This document shows positions 15,201 to 31,700 of a stretch of DNA of 64,000 nucleotides, piece by piece. The notes under the pieces are model-generated. The model had not been told where the DNA came from, made no database searches, and saw only the letters and a list, made by a program, of their open reading frames with translations. Origin of the DNA: the human T2T-CHM13v2.0 reference genome, Homo sapiens; the NCBI RefSeq assembly GCF_009914755.1, contig NC_060927.1; one strand, given 5' to 3'. The position numbers and the translations under genes are program-made. The number at the start of each line of letters is the position of its first letter. The stretch's first letter is position 1.

Positions 15201-18200
15201 TACTGTACATAAAATATGAAATTACATCAAATATATATTATATTAGGTAAATGAAATATGAAAGTACATCAAATATAGATTATATACTGTACATAAAATA
15301 TGAAAGTACCCCAAATATATATTATATACTCTACATGAAATATCAAAGTTCACAAACTATATATTATATACTGTACATAAAATATCAAAGTACCCAAGGT
15401 ATATATTCTATACTGTACAAAAAATATCAAAGTATCCAAAGCATGTATTATATACTGTATATAAAATATGAAAGTACATCAAATATATATTTTATTCTGT
15501 ACATAAAATATCAAAGTACACCAGATATATATTCTATAGTGTACATAAAATATCAAAGTACCCAAACTATACATTATATACTGTACATAAAATATGAAAT
15601 TACAGCAAATATATATTATATTAGGTACATAAAATATGAAAGTACATCAAATATAGATTATATACTCTACATTAAATACCAAAGTACCCCAAATATATAT
15701 TTTATACTGTACATGAAATATCAAAGTTCACAAACTATATATTATATACTGTACATAAAATATCAATGTACCCAAGGTATATATTCTATACTGCACAAAA
15801 AATATCAAAGTACCCAAAGCATGTATTATATACTGTATATAAAATATGAAAGTACATCAAATATATATTTTATTCTGTACATAAAATATCAAAGTACACC
15901 AGATATATATTCTATAGTGTACATAAAATATCAAAGTACCCAAACTATACATTATATACTGTACATAAAATATGAAATTACATCAAATATATATTATATT
16001 AGGTACATAAAATACGAAAGTACATCAAATATAGATTATATACTGTACATAAAATATGAAAGTACCCCAATATATATTATATACTCTACATGAAATATCA
16101 AAGTTCACAAACTATATATTATGTACTGTACATAAAATATCAAACTACCCAAGGTATATATTCTATACTGTACAAAAAATATCAAAGTACCCAAAGCATG
16201 TATTATATAATGTAAATAAAATATGAAAGTACATCAAATATATATTTTATTCTGTACATAAAATATCAAAGAACACCAGATATATATTCTATAGTGTACA
16301 TAAAATATCAAAGTACCCAAACTATACATTATATACAGTACATAAAATATGAAATTACATTCTATATATATTAGGTACATAAAATATGAAAGTACATCAA
16401 ATATATATTTTATTCTGTACATAAAATATCAAAGTACACCAGATATATATTCTATAGTGTACATAAAATAACAAAGTACACAAACTATAAAATATATACT
16501 GTACATAAAATATGAAATTACATCAAATATATATTAGGTACATAAAATATGAAAGTACATCAAATATAGATTATATACTGTACATATAATATCAATGTAC
16601 CCGAAATATATATTTTATACTCTACATGAAATATCAAAGTTCACAAACCATATATTGTATACTGCACATAAAATATCAAAATACACAAGGTATATATTCT
16701 ATACTGTGCAAAAAATATCAAAGTACCCAAAGCAGGTATTATATACTGTATATAAAATATGAAAGTACATCAAATATATATTTTATTCTGTATATAAAAT
16801 ATCAAAGTACACCAGATATATATTCTATAGTGTACATAAAATATCAAGGTACCCAAACTATATATTATATACTGTACATAAAATATGAAATTACAGCAAA
16901 TATATATTATATTAGGTACATAAAATATGAAAGTACATCAAATATAGATTATATACTGTACGTTAAATACCAAAGTAACCCAAATATATATTTTATACTG
17001 TACATGAAATATCAAAGTTCACAAACTATATATTATATACTGTACATAAAATATCAATGTACCCAAGGTATATATTCTATACTGCACAAAAAATATCAAA
17101 GTACCCAAAGCATGTATTATATACTGTATATAAAATATGAAAGTACATCAAATATATATTTTATTCTGTACATAAAATATCAAAGTACACCAGATATATA
17201 TTCTATAGTGTACATAAAATATCAAAGTACCCAAACTATACATTATATACTGTACATAAATATGAAATTACATCAAATATATATTATATTAGGTACATAA
17301 AATATGAAAGTACATGAAGTATAGATTATATACTGTAGATAAAATATCAAAGTACCCCAAATTTATATTATATACTATACATGAAATATCAAAGTTCACA
17401 AACTATATATTATATACTGTACATAAAATATCAAAGTACCCAAGGTATATATTCTATAGTGTACAAAAAATATCAAAGTACCCAAAGCATGTATTATATA
17501 CCGTACATAAAATATAAAATTACATCAAATATATATTTTATTCTGTACATAAAATATCAAAATACACCAGATATATATACTATAGTGTACATAAAATATC
17601 AAAGTACCCAAACTATACATTATACACTGTACATAAAATATGAAATTACATCAAATATATATTAGGTACATAAAATATGAAAGTACATCAAATATAGATT
17701 ATATACTGTAAATATTATATCAATGTACCCCAAATATATATTTTATACTCTACATGAAATATCAAAGTTCACAAACCATATATTATATACTGTACATAAA
17801 ATATCAAAGTACCCAAGGTATATATTCTATACTGAACAAAAAATATCAAAGTACCCAAAGCATGTATTATATACTGTACATAAAATATGAAAGTACATCA
17901 AATATATATTTTATTCTGTACATAAAATATCAAAGTACACCAGATATATATTCTATAGTGTACATAAAATATCAAAGTACCCAAACTATACATTATATAC
18001 TGTACATAAAATATGAAATTACATCAAATATATATTATATTAGGTACATGAAATATGAAAGTACATCAAATATAGATTATATACTGTACATAAAATATGA
18101 AAGTACCCCAAATATATATTATATACTCTACATGAAATATCAAAGTTCACAAACTATATATTATATACTGTACATAAAATATCAAAGTACCCAAGGTATA

Positions 18201-18720
18201 TATTCTATACTGTACAAAAAATATCAAAGTATCCAAAGCATGTATTATATACTGTATATAAAATATGAAAGTACATGAAATATATATTTTATTCTGTACA
18301 TAAAATATCAAAGTACACCAGATATATATTCTATAGTGTACATAAAATATCAAAGTACCCAAACTATACATTATATACTGTACATAAAATATGAAATTAC
18401 AGCAAATATATATTATATTAGGTACATAAAATATGAAAGTACATCAAATATAGATTATATACTGTACATTAAATACCAAAGTACCCCAAATATATATTTT
18501 ATACTGTACATGAAATATCAAAGTTCACAAACTATATATTATATACTGTACATAAAATATCAATGTACCCAAGGTATATATTCTATACTGCACAAAAAAT
18601 ATCAAAGTACCCAAAGCATGTATTATATACTGTATATAAAATACGAAAGTACATCAAATATATATTTTATTCTGTACATAAAATATCAAAGTACACCAGA
18701 TATATATTCTATAGTGTACA
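12250..18720 (+). repeat. ~2.7-kb duplication at offset 3758 bp (~12250-14960 / ~16010-18720)
   Basis: ORF pairs 12868/16626, 13556/17314, 13623/17381 and 13996/17754. Shared variants CAAACTACC, AATGTAAATA, CTATAAAATATA, CAAGGTACCC, CTGTAGAT and AATATTATATC. Confidence 0.85.
14160..15960 (+). repeat. ~0.8-kb near-tandem duplication at offset 961 bp
   Basis: ORFs 14290 and 15251 are both preceded by the variant TAGGTAAATGAAATATG, which I saw only at these two places, and share the following variant order. Confidence 0.7.
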
Positions 18721-19039
18721 TAAAATAACAAAGTACACAAACTATAAATTATATCCTGTACATAAAATATGAAATTACATCAAATATATATTAGGTACAT
18801 AAAATATGAAAGTACATCAAATATAGATTATATACTGTACATTAAGTACGAAAGTACACCAAATATATATTTTATACTCTACATGAAATATCAAAGTTCA
18901 CAAACCATATATTATATACTGTGCATAAAATATCAAAGTACCCAAGGTATATATTCTATACTGTACAAAAAATATCAAAGTACCCAAAGCATGTATTATA
19001 TACTATACATAAAATATGAAATTACATCAAATATATATT

Positions 19040-22000
19040 TTATTCTGTACATAAAATATCAAAGTACACCAGATATATATTCTATAGTGTACATAAAATA
19101 TCAAAGTACCCAAACTATACATTATATACTGTACATAAAATGTGAAATTACATCAAATATATATTATATTAGGTACATAAAATATGAAAGTACATCAAAT
19201 ATAGATTATATACTGTACATTAAATACCAATATACCCCAAATATATATTTTATACTGTACATGAAATATCAAAGTTCACACACTATATATTATATACTGT
19301 ACATAAAATATCAAAGTACCCAAGGTATATATTCTATACTGTACAAAAAACATCAAAGTACCCAAAGCATGTATTATATACTGTACATAAAATATGAAAG
19401 TACATCAAATATATATTTTATTCTGTACATAAAATATCAAAGTACACCAGATATATATTCTATAGTTTACATAAAATAACAAAGTACCCAAACTATACAT
19501 TATATACTGTACATAAAATATGAAATTACATCAAATATATATTATATTAGGTACATAAAATAAGAAAGTACATCAAATATAGATTATATACTGTACATAA
19601 AATATCAAAGTACCCCAAATATATATTATATACTCTACATGAAATATCAAAGTTCACAAACTATATATTATATACTGTACATAAAATATCAAAGTACCCA
19701 AGGTATATATTCTATACTGTACAAAAAATATCAAAGTATCCAAAGCATGATTTATATACTGTATATAAAATATGAAAGTACATTAAAGATATATTTTATT
19801 CTGTACATAAAATATCAAAATACACCAGATATATATTCTATAGTGTACATAAAATAACAAAGTACACAAACTATAAATTATATACTGTACATAAAATATG
19901 AAATTACATCAAATATATATTAGGTACATAAAATATGAAAGTACATCAAATATAGATTATATACTGTACATATAATATCAATGTACCCCAAATATATATT
20001 TTATACTCTACATGAAATATCAAAGTTCACAAACCATACATTATATACTGTACATAAAATATCAAAGTACGCAAGTTATATATTCTATACTGTACAAAAG
20101 ATATCAAAGTACCCAAAGCATGTATTATATACTGTATATAAAATATGAAAGTACATCAAATATATATTATATACTGTACATAAAATATCAAAGTACACCA
20201 GATATATATTTTATAGTGTACATAAAATATCAAAGTACCCAAACTATACATTATATACTGAACATAAAATATGAGATTACATCAAATATATATTATATTA
20301 GGTACAGAAAATATGAAAGTACATCAGATATAGATTATATACTGTACATACAATATCAAAGTACCCCAAATATATATTATATACTCTACATGAAATATCA
20401 AAGTTCACAAACTATATATTATATACTGTACATAAAATATCAAAGTACCCAAGGTATATATTCTATACTGTACAAAAAATATCAAAATACCCAAAGCATG
20501 TATTATATACTGTATATAAAATATGAAAATACATTAAATATATATTTTTTCTGTACATAAAATATCAAAGTACACCAGATATATATTCTATAGTGTACAT
20601 AAAATAACAAAGTACACAAACTATAAATTATATACTGTACGTAAAATATGAAATTACATCAAATATATATTAGGTACATAAAATATGAAAGTACATCAAA
20701 TATAGATTATATACTGTACATATAATATCAATGTACCCCAAATATATATTTTATACTCTACATGAAATATCAAAGTTCACAAACCATACATTATATACTT
20801 TCCATAAAATATCAAAGTACCCATGGCATATATTCTATACTGTACAAAAGATATCAAAGTACCCAAAGCATGTATTATATACTGTACATAAAATATGAAA
20901 GTACATCAAATATATATTTTATTCTGTACATAAAATATCAAAGTACACCAGATATATATTCTATAGTGTACATAAAATATCAAAGTACCCAAACTATATA
21001 TTATATACTGTACATAAAATATGAAATTACATCAAATATGTATTATATTAGGTACATAAAATATGAAAGTACATCAAATATAGATTATATACCGTACATA
21101 AAATATCAAAGTACCCCAAATATATATTATATACTATACATGAAATATCAAATATCACAAACTATATATTATATACTGTACATAAAATATCAAAGTACCC
21201 AATGTATATATTCTATAGTGTACAAAAAATATCAAAGTACCCAAAGCATGTATTATATACTGTACATAAAATATAAAAGTACATCAAATATATATTTTAT
21301 TCTGTACATAAAATATGAAAGTACACCAGATATATATTCTATAGTGTACATAAAATATCAAAGTACCCAAACTATACATTATATACGGTACATAAAATAT
21401 GAAATTACATCAAATATATATTATATTAGGTACTTAAAATATGAAAGTACATCAAATATAGATTATATACTGTACATAAAATATCAAAGTACCCCAAATA
21501 TATATTATATACTGTACATGAAATATCAAAGTTCACAACTATATATTATATACTGTACATAAAATATGAAAGTCCCCAAGGTATATATTCTATACTGTAC
21601 AAAAAATATCAAAGTACACAAAGCATGTATTATATACTGTACATAAAATATGAAATTACATCAAATATATATTATATTAGGTACATAAAATATGAAAGTA
21701 CATCAAATATAGATTATATACTGTACATAAAATATCAAAGTACCCCAAATATATATTATATACTGTACATGTAATATCAAAGTTCACAACTATATATTAC
21801 ATACTGTACATAAAATATCAAAGTACCCAAGGTATATATTCTATACTGTACAAAAAATATCAAAGTACCCAAAGCATGTATTATATACTGTACATAAAAT
21901 ATGAAAGTACATCAAATATATATTTTATTCTGTACATAAAATATCAAAGTACACCAGATATATATTCTATAGTGTATATAAAATATCAAAGTACCCAAAC

Positions 22001-24975
22001 TATACATTATATACTGTACATAAAATATGAAATTACATCAAATATATATTATATTGGGTACATAACATATGAAAGTACATGAAGTATAGATTATATACTG
22101 TACATAAAATATCAAAGTACCCCAAATTTATATTATATACTATACATGAAATATCAAAGTTCACAAACTATATATTATATACTGTACATAAAATATCAAA
22201 GTACCCAAGGTATATATTCTATAGTGTACAAAAAATATCAAAGTACCCAAAGCATGTATTATATACCGTACATAAAATATAAAATTACATCAAATATATA
22301 TTTTATTCTGTACATAAAATATCAAAGTACACCAGATATATATTCTATAGAGTACATAAAATATCAAAGTACCCAAACTATACATTACATACTGTACATA
22401 AAATATGAAATTACATCAAATATATATTATAATAGGTACATAAAATATGAAAGTACATGAAATATAGATTATATACTGTACATTAAATACGAAAGTACCC
22501 CAAATATATATTTTGTACTGTACATGAAATATCAAAGTACCCAAGGTACATATTCTATACTGTACAAAAAATATCAAAGTACCCAAAGCATGTATTACAA
22601 ACTGTACATAAAATATGAAAGTCCATCAAATATATATTTTATTCTGTACATAAAATATCAAAGTACACCAGATATATATTCTATAGTGTACATAAAATAT
22701 CAAAGTACCCAAACTATACATTATATACTGTACATAAAATATGAAATTACATCAAATATATATTATATTAGGTACATAAAATATGAAAGTACATCAAATA
22801 TATATTTTATTCTGTACATAAAATATCAAAGTACACCAGATATATATTCTATAGTGTACATAAAATATCAAAGTACCCAAACTATACATTATATACTGTA
22901 CATAAAATGTGAAATTACATCAAATATATATTATATTAGGTACATAAAATATGAAAGTACATCAAATATAGATTATATACTGTACATTAAATACCAATAT
23001 ACCCCAAATATATATTTTATACTGTACATGAAATATCAAAGTTCACACACTATATATTATATACTGTACATAAAATATCAAAGTACCCAAGGTATATATT
23101 CTATACTGTACAAAAAACATCAAAGTACCCAAAGCATGTATTATATACTGTACATAAAATATGAAAGTACATCAAATATATATTTTATTCTGTACATAAA
23201 ATATCAAAGTACACCAGATATATATTCTATAGTGTACATAAAATATCAAAGTACCCAAACTATACATTATATACTGTACATAAAATATCAAATTACATCA
23301 AATATATATTATATTAGGTACATAAAATAAGAAAGTACATCAAATATAGATTATATACTGTACATAAAATATCAAAGTACCCCAAATATATATTATATAC
23401 TCTACATGAAATATCAAAGTTCACAAACTATATATTATATACTGTACATAAAATATCAAAGTACCCAAGGTATATATTCTATACTGTACAAAAAATATCA
23501 AAGTATCCAAAGCATGATTTATATACTGTATATAAAATATGAAAGTACATTAAAGATATATTTTATTCTGTACATAAAATATCAAAATACACCAGACATA
23601 TATTCTATAGTGTACATAAAATAACAAAGTACACAAATTATAAATTATATACTGTACATAAAATATGAAATTACATCAAATATATATTAGGTACATAAAA
23701 TATGAAAGTACATCAAATATAGATTATATACTGTACATATAATATCAATGTACCCGAAATATATATTTTATACTCTACATGAAATATCAAAGTTCACAAA
23801 CCATACATTATATACTGTACATAAAATATCAAAGTACCCAAGTTATATATTCTATACTGTACAAAAGATATCAAAGTACCCAAAGCATGTATTATATACT
23901 GTATATAAAATATGAAAGTACATCAAATATATAATATATACTGTACATAAAATATCAAAGTACACCAGATATATATTTTATAGTGTACATAAAATATCAA
24001 AGTACCCAAACTATACATTATATACTGTACATAAAATATGAGATTACATCAAATATATATTATATTAGGTACATAAAATATGAAAGTACATCAGATATAG
24101 ATTATATACTGTACATAAAATATCAAAGTACCCCAAATATATATTATATACTCTACATGAAATATCAAAGTTCACAAACTATATATTATATACTGTACAT
24201 AAAATATCAAAGTACCCAAGGTATATATTCTATACTGTACAAAAAATATCAAAATACCCAAAGCATGTATTATATACTGTATATAAAATATGAAAATACA
24301 TTAAATATATATTTTATTCTGTACATAAAATATCAAAGTACACCAGATATATATTCTATAGTGTACATAAAATAACAAAGTACACAAACTATAAATTATA
24401 TACTGTACGTAAAATATGAAATTACATCAAATATATATTAGGTACATAAAATATGAAAGTACATCAAATATAGATTATATACTGTACATATAATATCAAT
24501 GTACCCCAAATATATATTTTATACTCTACATGAAATATCAAAGTTCACAAACCATACATTATATACTTTCCATAAAATATCAAAGTACCCATGGCATATA
24601 TTCTATACTGTACAAAAGATATCAAAGTACCCAAAGCATGTATTATATACTGTACATAAAATATGAAAGTACATCAAATATATATTTTATTCTGTACATA
24701 AAATATCAAAGTACACCAGATAAATATTCTATAGTGTACATAAAATATCAAAGTACCCAAACTATATATTATATACTGTACATAAAATATGAAATTACAT
24801 CAAATATGTATTATATTAGGTACATAAAATATGAAAGTACATCAAATATAGATTATATACCATACATAAAATATCAAAGTACCCCAAATATATATTATAT
24901 ACTATACATGAAATATCAAATATCACAAACTATATATTATATACTGTACATAAAATATCAAAGTACCCAATGTAT
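19040..24975 (+). repeat. ~2.2-kb duplication at offset 3767/3768 bp (~19040-21205 / ~22810-24975)
   Basis: ORF pairs 19639/23406 and 20762/24530. Shared variants GCATGATT, CAAGTTATA, GAGATTAC, ACATCAGATATAG, GAAAATACATTAA and GTACGTAA. The offset shifts by 1 at a 1-bp deletion near 20545. Confidence 0.82.
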
Positions 24976-24979
24976 ATAT

Positions 24980-26240
24980 TCTATACTGTACAAAAAACAT
25001 CAAAGTACCCAAAGCATGTATTATATACTGTACATAAAATATGAAAGTACATCAAATATATATTTTATTCTGTACATAAAATATCAAAGTACACCAGATA
25101 TATATTCTATAGTGTACATAAAATATCAAAGTACCCAAACTATACATTATATACTGTACATAAAATATGAAATTACATCAAATATATATTATATTAGGTA
25201 CATAAAATAAGAAAGTACATCAAATATAGATTATATACTGTACATAAAATATCAAAGTACCCCAAATATATATTATATACTCTACATGAAATATCAAAGT
25301 TCAAAAACTATATATTATATACTGTACATAAAATATCAAAGTACCCAAGGTATATATTCTATACTGTATAAAAAATATCAAAGTATCCAAAGCATGTTTT
25401 ATATACTGTATATAAAATATGAAAGTAAATTAAAGATATATTTTATTCTGTACATAAAATATCAAAATACACCAGATATATATTCTATAGTGTACATAAA
25501 ATAACAAAGTACACAAACTATAAATTATATACTGTACATAAAATATGAAATTACATCAAATATATATTAGGTACATAAAATATGAAAGTACATCAAATAT
25601 AGATTATATACTGTACATATAATATCAATGTACCCCAAATATATATTTTATACTCTACATGAAATATCAAAGTTCACAAACCATACATTATATACTTTCC
25701 ATAAAATATCAAAGTACCCATGGCATATATTCTATACTGTACAAAAGATATCAAAGTACCCAAAGCATGTATTATATACTGTACATAAAATATGAAATTA
25801 CATCAAATATATATTATATTAGGTACTTAAAATATGAAAGTACATCAAATATAGATTATAGACTGTACATAAAATATCAAAGTACCACAAATATATATTA
25901 TATACTGTACATGAAATATCAAAGTTCACAACTATATATTATATACTGTACATAAAATATCAAAGTCCCCAAGGTATATATTCTATACTGTACAAAAAAT
26001 ATCAAAGTACACAAAGCATGTATTATATACTGTACATAAAATATGAAATTACATCAAATATATATTATATTAGGTACATAAAATATGAAAGTACATCAAA
26101 TATAGATTATATACTGTACATAAAATATCAAAGTACCCCAAATATATATTATATACTGTACATGTAATATCAAAGTTCACAACTATATATTACATACTGT
26201 ACATAAAATATCAAAGTACCCAAGGTATATATTCTATACT
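24980..26240 (+). repeat. Copy of ~7300-9070 with an internal 504-bp (12-monomer) deletion
   Basis: Offset 17,677 (7609/25286, 7982/25659) with shared GTTCAAAAA, GCATGTTTT and ACCACAAA. Landmark spacing is 756 (7982 to 8738) versus 252 (25659 to 25911). Confidence 0.75.
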
Positions 26241-28723
26241 GTACAAAAAATATCAAAGTAAACAAAGCATGTATTATATACTGTACCTAAAATATGAAAG
26301 TACATCAAATATATATTTTATTCTGTACATAAAATATCAAAGTACACCAGATATATATTCTATAGTGTATATAAAATATCAAAGTACCCAAACTATACAT
26401 TATATACTGTACATAAAATATGAAATTACATCAAATATATATTAGGTACATAAAATATGAAAGTACATCAAATATAGATTATATACTGTAAATATAATAT
26501 CAATGTACCCCAAATATATATTTTATACTCTATATGAAATATCAAAGTTCACAAACCATATATTATATACTGTACATAAAATATCAAAGTACCAAAGGTA
26601 TATATTCTATACTGTACAAAAAATATCAAAGTACCCAAAGCATGTATTATATACTGTACATAAAATATGAAAGTACATCAAATATATATTTTATTCTGTA
26701 CATAAAATATCAAAGTACACCAGATATATATTCTATAGTGTACATAAAATATCAAAGTACCCAAACTATACATTATATACTGTACATAAAATATGAAATT
26801 ACATCAAATATATATTATATTAGGTACATGAAATATGAAAGTACATCAAATATAGATTATATACTGTACATAAAATATGAAAGTAACCCAAATATATATT
26901 ATATACTCTACATGAAATATCAAAGTTCACAAACTATATATTATATACTGTGCATAAAATATCAAAGTACCCAAGGTATATATTCTATACTGTACAAAAA
27001 ATATCAAAGTATCCAAAGCATGTATTATATACTGTATATAAAATATGAAAGTACATCAAATATATATTTTATTCTGTACATAAAATATCAAAGTACACCA
27101 GATATATATTCTATAGTGTACATAAAATATCAAAGTACCCAAACTATACATTATATACTGTACATAATATATGAAATTACAGCAAATATATATTATATTA
27201 GGTACATAAAATATGAAAGTACATCAAATATAGATTATATACTGTACATTAAATACCAAAGTACCCCAAATATATATTTTATACTGTACATGAAATATCA
27301 AAGTTCCCAAACTAAATATTATATACTGTACATAAAATATCAATGTACCCAAGGTATATATTCTATACTGCACAAAAAATATGAAATTACCCAAAGCATG
27401 TATTATATACTGTATATAAAATATGAAAGCACATCAAATATATATTTTATTCTGTACATAAAATATCAAAGTACACCAGATATATATTCTATAGTGTACA
27501 TAAAATATCAAAGTACCCAAACTATACATTATATACTGTAGATAAAATATGAAATTACATCAAATATATATTATATTAGGTACATAAAATACGAAAGTAC
27601 ATCAAATATAGATTATATACTGTACATAAAATATCAAAGTACCCCAATATATATTATATACTGTACATGAAATATCAAAGTTCACAAACTATATATTATA
27701 TACTGTACATAAAATATCAAAGTACCCAAGGTATATATTCTATACTGTACAAAAAATATCAAAGTACCCAAAGCATGTATTATAAACTGTAAATAAAATA
27801 TGAAAGTACATCAAATATATATTTTATTCTGTACATAAAATATCAAAGTACACCAGATATATATTCTATAGTGTACATAAAATATCAAAGTACCCAAACT
27901 ATACATTATATACTGTACATAAAATATGAAATTACATCAAATATATATTATATTAGGTACATAAAATATGAAAGTACATCAAATATAGATTATATACTGT
28001 ACATAAAATATCAAAGTACCCCAAATACATATTTTATACTCTACATGAAATATCAAAGTTCACAAACCATACATTATATACTTTCCATAAAATATCAAAG
28101 TACCCATGGCATATATTCTATACTGTACAAAAGATATCAAAGTACCCAAAGCATGTATTATATACTGTACATAAAATATGAAAGTACATCAAATATATAT
28201 TTTATTCTGTACATAAAATATCAAAGTACACCAGATATATATTCTATAGTGTACATAAAATATCAAAGTACCCAAACTATATATTATATACTGTACATAA
28301 AATATGAAATTACATCAAATATGTATTATATTAGGTACATAAAATATGAAAGTACATCAAATATAGATTATATACCGTACATAAAATATCAAAATACCCC
28401 AAATATATATTATATACTATACATGAAATATCAAATATCACAAACTATATATTATATACTGTACATAAAATATCAACGTACCCAATGTATATATTCTATA
28501 GTGTACAAAAAATATCAAAGTACCCAAAGCATGTATTATATACTGTACATAAAATATAAAAGTACATCAAATATATATTTTATTCTGTACATAAAATATG
28601 AAAGTACACCAGATATATATTCTATAGTGTACATAAAATATCAAAGTACCCAAACTATACATTATATACTGTACATAAAATATGAAATTATATCAAATAT
28701 ATATTATATTAGGTACTTAAAAT

Positions 28724-31700
28724 ATGAAAGTACATCAAATATAGATTATATACAGTACATAAAATATCAAAGTACCCCAAATATATATTATATACTGTAC
28801 ATGAAATATCAAAGTTCACAACTATATATTATATACTGTACATAAAATATCAAAGTCCCCAAGGTATATATTCTATACTGTACAAAAAATATCAAAGTAC
28901 ACAAAGCATGTATTATATACTGTACATAAAATATGAAATTACATCAAATATATATTATATTAGGTACATAAAATATGAAAGTACATCAAATATAGATTAT
29001 ATACTGTACATAAAATATCAAAGTACCCCAAATATATATTATATACTGTACATGTAATATCAAAGTTCACAACTATATATTACATACTGTACATAAAATA
29101 TCAAAGTACCCAAGGTATATATTCTATACTGTACAAAAAATATCAAAGTACCCAAAGCATGTATTATATACTGTACATAAAATATGAAAGTACATCAAAT
29201 ATATATTTTATTCTGTACATAAAATATCAAAGTACACCAGATATATATTCTATAGTGTATATAAAATATCAAAGTACCTAAACTATACATTATATACTGT
29301 ACATAAAATATGAAATTACATCAAATATATATTATATTAGGTACATAAAATATGAAAGTACATGAAGTATAGATTATATACTGTACATAAAATATCAAAG
29401 TACCCCAAATTTATATTATATACTATACATGAAATATCAAAGTTCACAAACTATATATTATATACTGTACATAAAATATCAAAGTACCCAAAGCATGTAT
29501 TATATACCGTACATAAAATATAAAATTACATCAAATATATATTTTATTCTGTACATAAAATATCAAAGTACACCAGATATATATACTATAGTGTACATAA
29601 AATATCAAAGTACCCAAACTATACATTATACACTGTACATAAAATATGAAATTACATCAAATATATATTAGGTACATAAAATATGAAAGTACATCAAATA
29701 TAGATTATATACTGTAAATATAATATCAATGTACCCCAAATATATATTTTATACTCTACATGAAATATCAAAGTTCACAAACTATATATTATATACTGTA
29801 CATAAAATATCAAAGTACCCAAGGTATATATTCTATACTGAACAAAAAATATCAAAGTACCCAAAGCATGTATTATATACTGTACATAAAATATGAAAGT
29901 ACATCAAATATATATTTTATTCTGTACATAAAATATCAAAGTACACCAGATATATATTCTATAGTGTACATAAAATATCAAAGTACCCAAACTATACATT
30001 ATATACTGTACATAAAATATGAAATTACATCAAATATATATTATATTAGGTACATGAAATATGAAAGTACATCAAATATAGATTATATACTGTACATAAA
30101 ATTTGAAAGTACCCCAAATATATATTATATACTCTACATGAAATATCAAAGTTCACAAACTATATATTATATACTGTACATAAAATATCAAAGTACCCAA
30201 GGTATATATTCTATACTGTACAAAAAATATCAAAGTATCCAAAGCATGTATTATATACTGTATATAAAATATGAAAGTACATCAAATATATATTTTATTC
30301 TGTACATAAAATATCAAAGTACACCAGATATATATTCTATATTGTACATAAAATATCAAAGTACCCAAACTATACATTATATACTGTACATAAAATATGA
30401 AATTACAGCAAATATATATTATATTAGGTACATAAAATATGAAAGTACATCAAATATAGATTATATACTGTACATTAAATACCAAAGTACCCCAAATATA
30501 TATTTTATACTGTACATGAAATATCAAAGTTCACAAACTATATATTATATACTGTACATAAAATATCAATGTACCCAAGGTATATATACTATACTGCACA
30601 AAAAATATCAAAGTACCCAAAGCATGTATTATATACTGTATATAAAATATGAAAGTACATCAAATATATATTTTATTCTGTACATAAAATATCAAAGTAC
30701 ACCAGATATATATTCTATAGTGTACATAAAATATCAAAGTACCCAAACTATACATTATATACTGTACATAAAATATGAAATTACATCAAATATATATTAT
30801 ATTAGGTACATAAAATACGAAAGTACATCAAATATAGATTATATACTGTACATAAAATATCAAAGTACCCCAATATATATTATATACTGTACATGAAATA
30901 TCAAAGTTCACAAACTATATATTATGTACTGTACATAAAATATCAAAGTACCCAAGGTATATATTCTATACTGTACAAAAAATATCAAAGTACCCAAAGC
31001 ATGTATTATATACTGTACATAAAATATGAAAGTACATCAAATATATATTTTATTCTGTACATAAAATATCAAAGTACACCAGATTTATATTCTATAGTGT
31101 ATATAAAATATCAAAGTACCCAAACTATACATTATATACTGTACATAAAATATGAAATTACATCAAATATATATTATATTAGGTACATGAAATATGAAAG
31201 TACATCAAATATAGATTATATACTGTACATAAAATATGAAAGTACCCCAAATATATATTATATACTCTACATGAAATATCAAAGTTCACCAACTATATAT
31301 TATATACTGTACATAAAATATCAAAGTACCCAAGGTATATATTCTATACTGTACAAAAAATATCAAAGTATCCAAAGCATGTATTATATACTGTATATAA
31401 AATATGAAAGTACATCAAATATATATTTTATTCTGTACATAAAATATCAAAGTACATCAGATATATATTCTATAGTGTACATAAAATATCAAAGTACCCA
31501 AACTATACATTATATACTGTACATAAAATATGAAATTACAGCAAATATATATTATATTAGGTACATAAAATATGAAAGTACATCAAATATAGATTATATA
31601 CTGTACATTAAATACCAAAGTACCCCAAATATATATTTTATACTGTACATGAAATATCAAAGTTCACAAATTATATATTATATACTGTACATAAAATATC

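Noticed and set aside
16234-18371. Minus-strand ORFs as a sign of an inversion or antisense gene
   Set aside because: The sequence stays in the same orientation. Single substitutions (e.g. CATTCTAT ~16360, CATGAAAT ~18277) simply remove a minus-strand stop.
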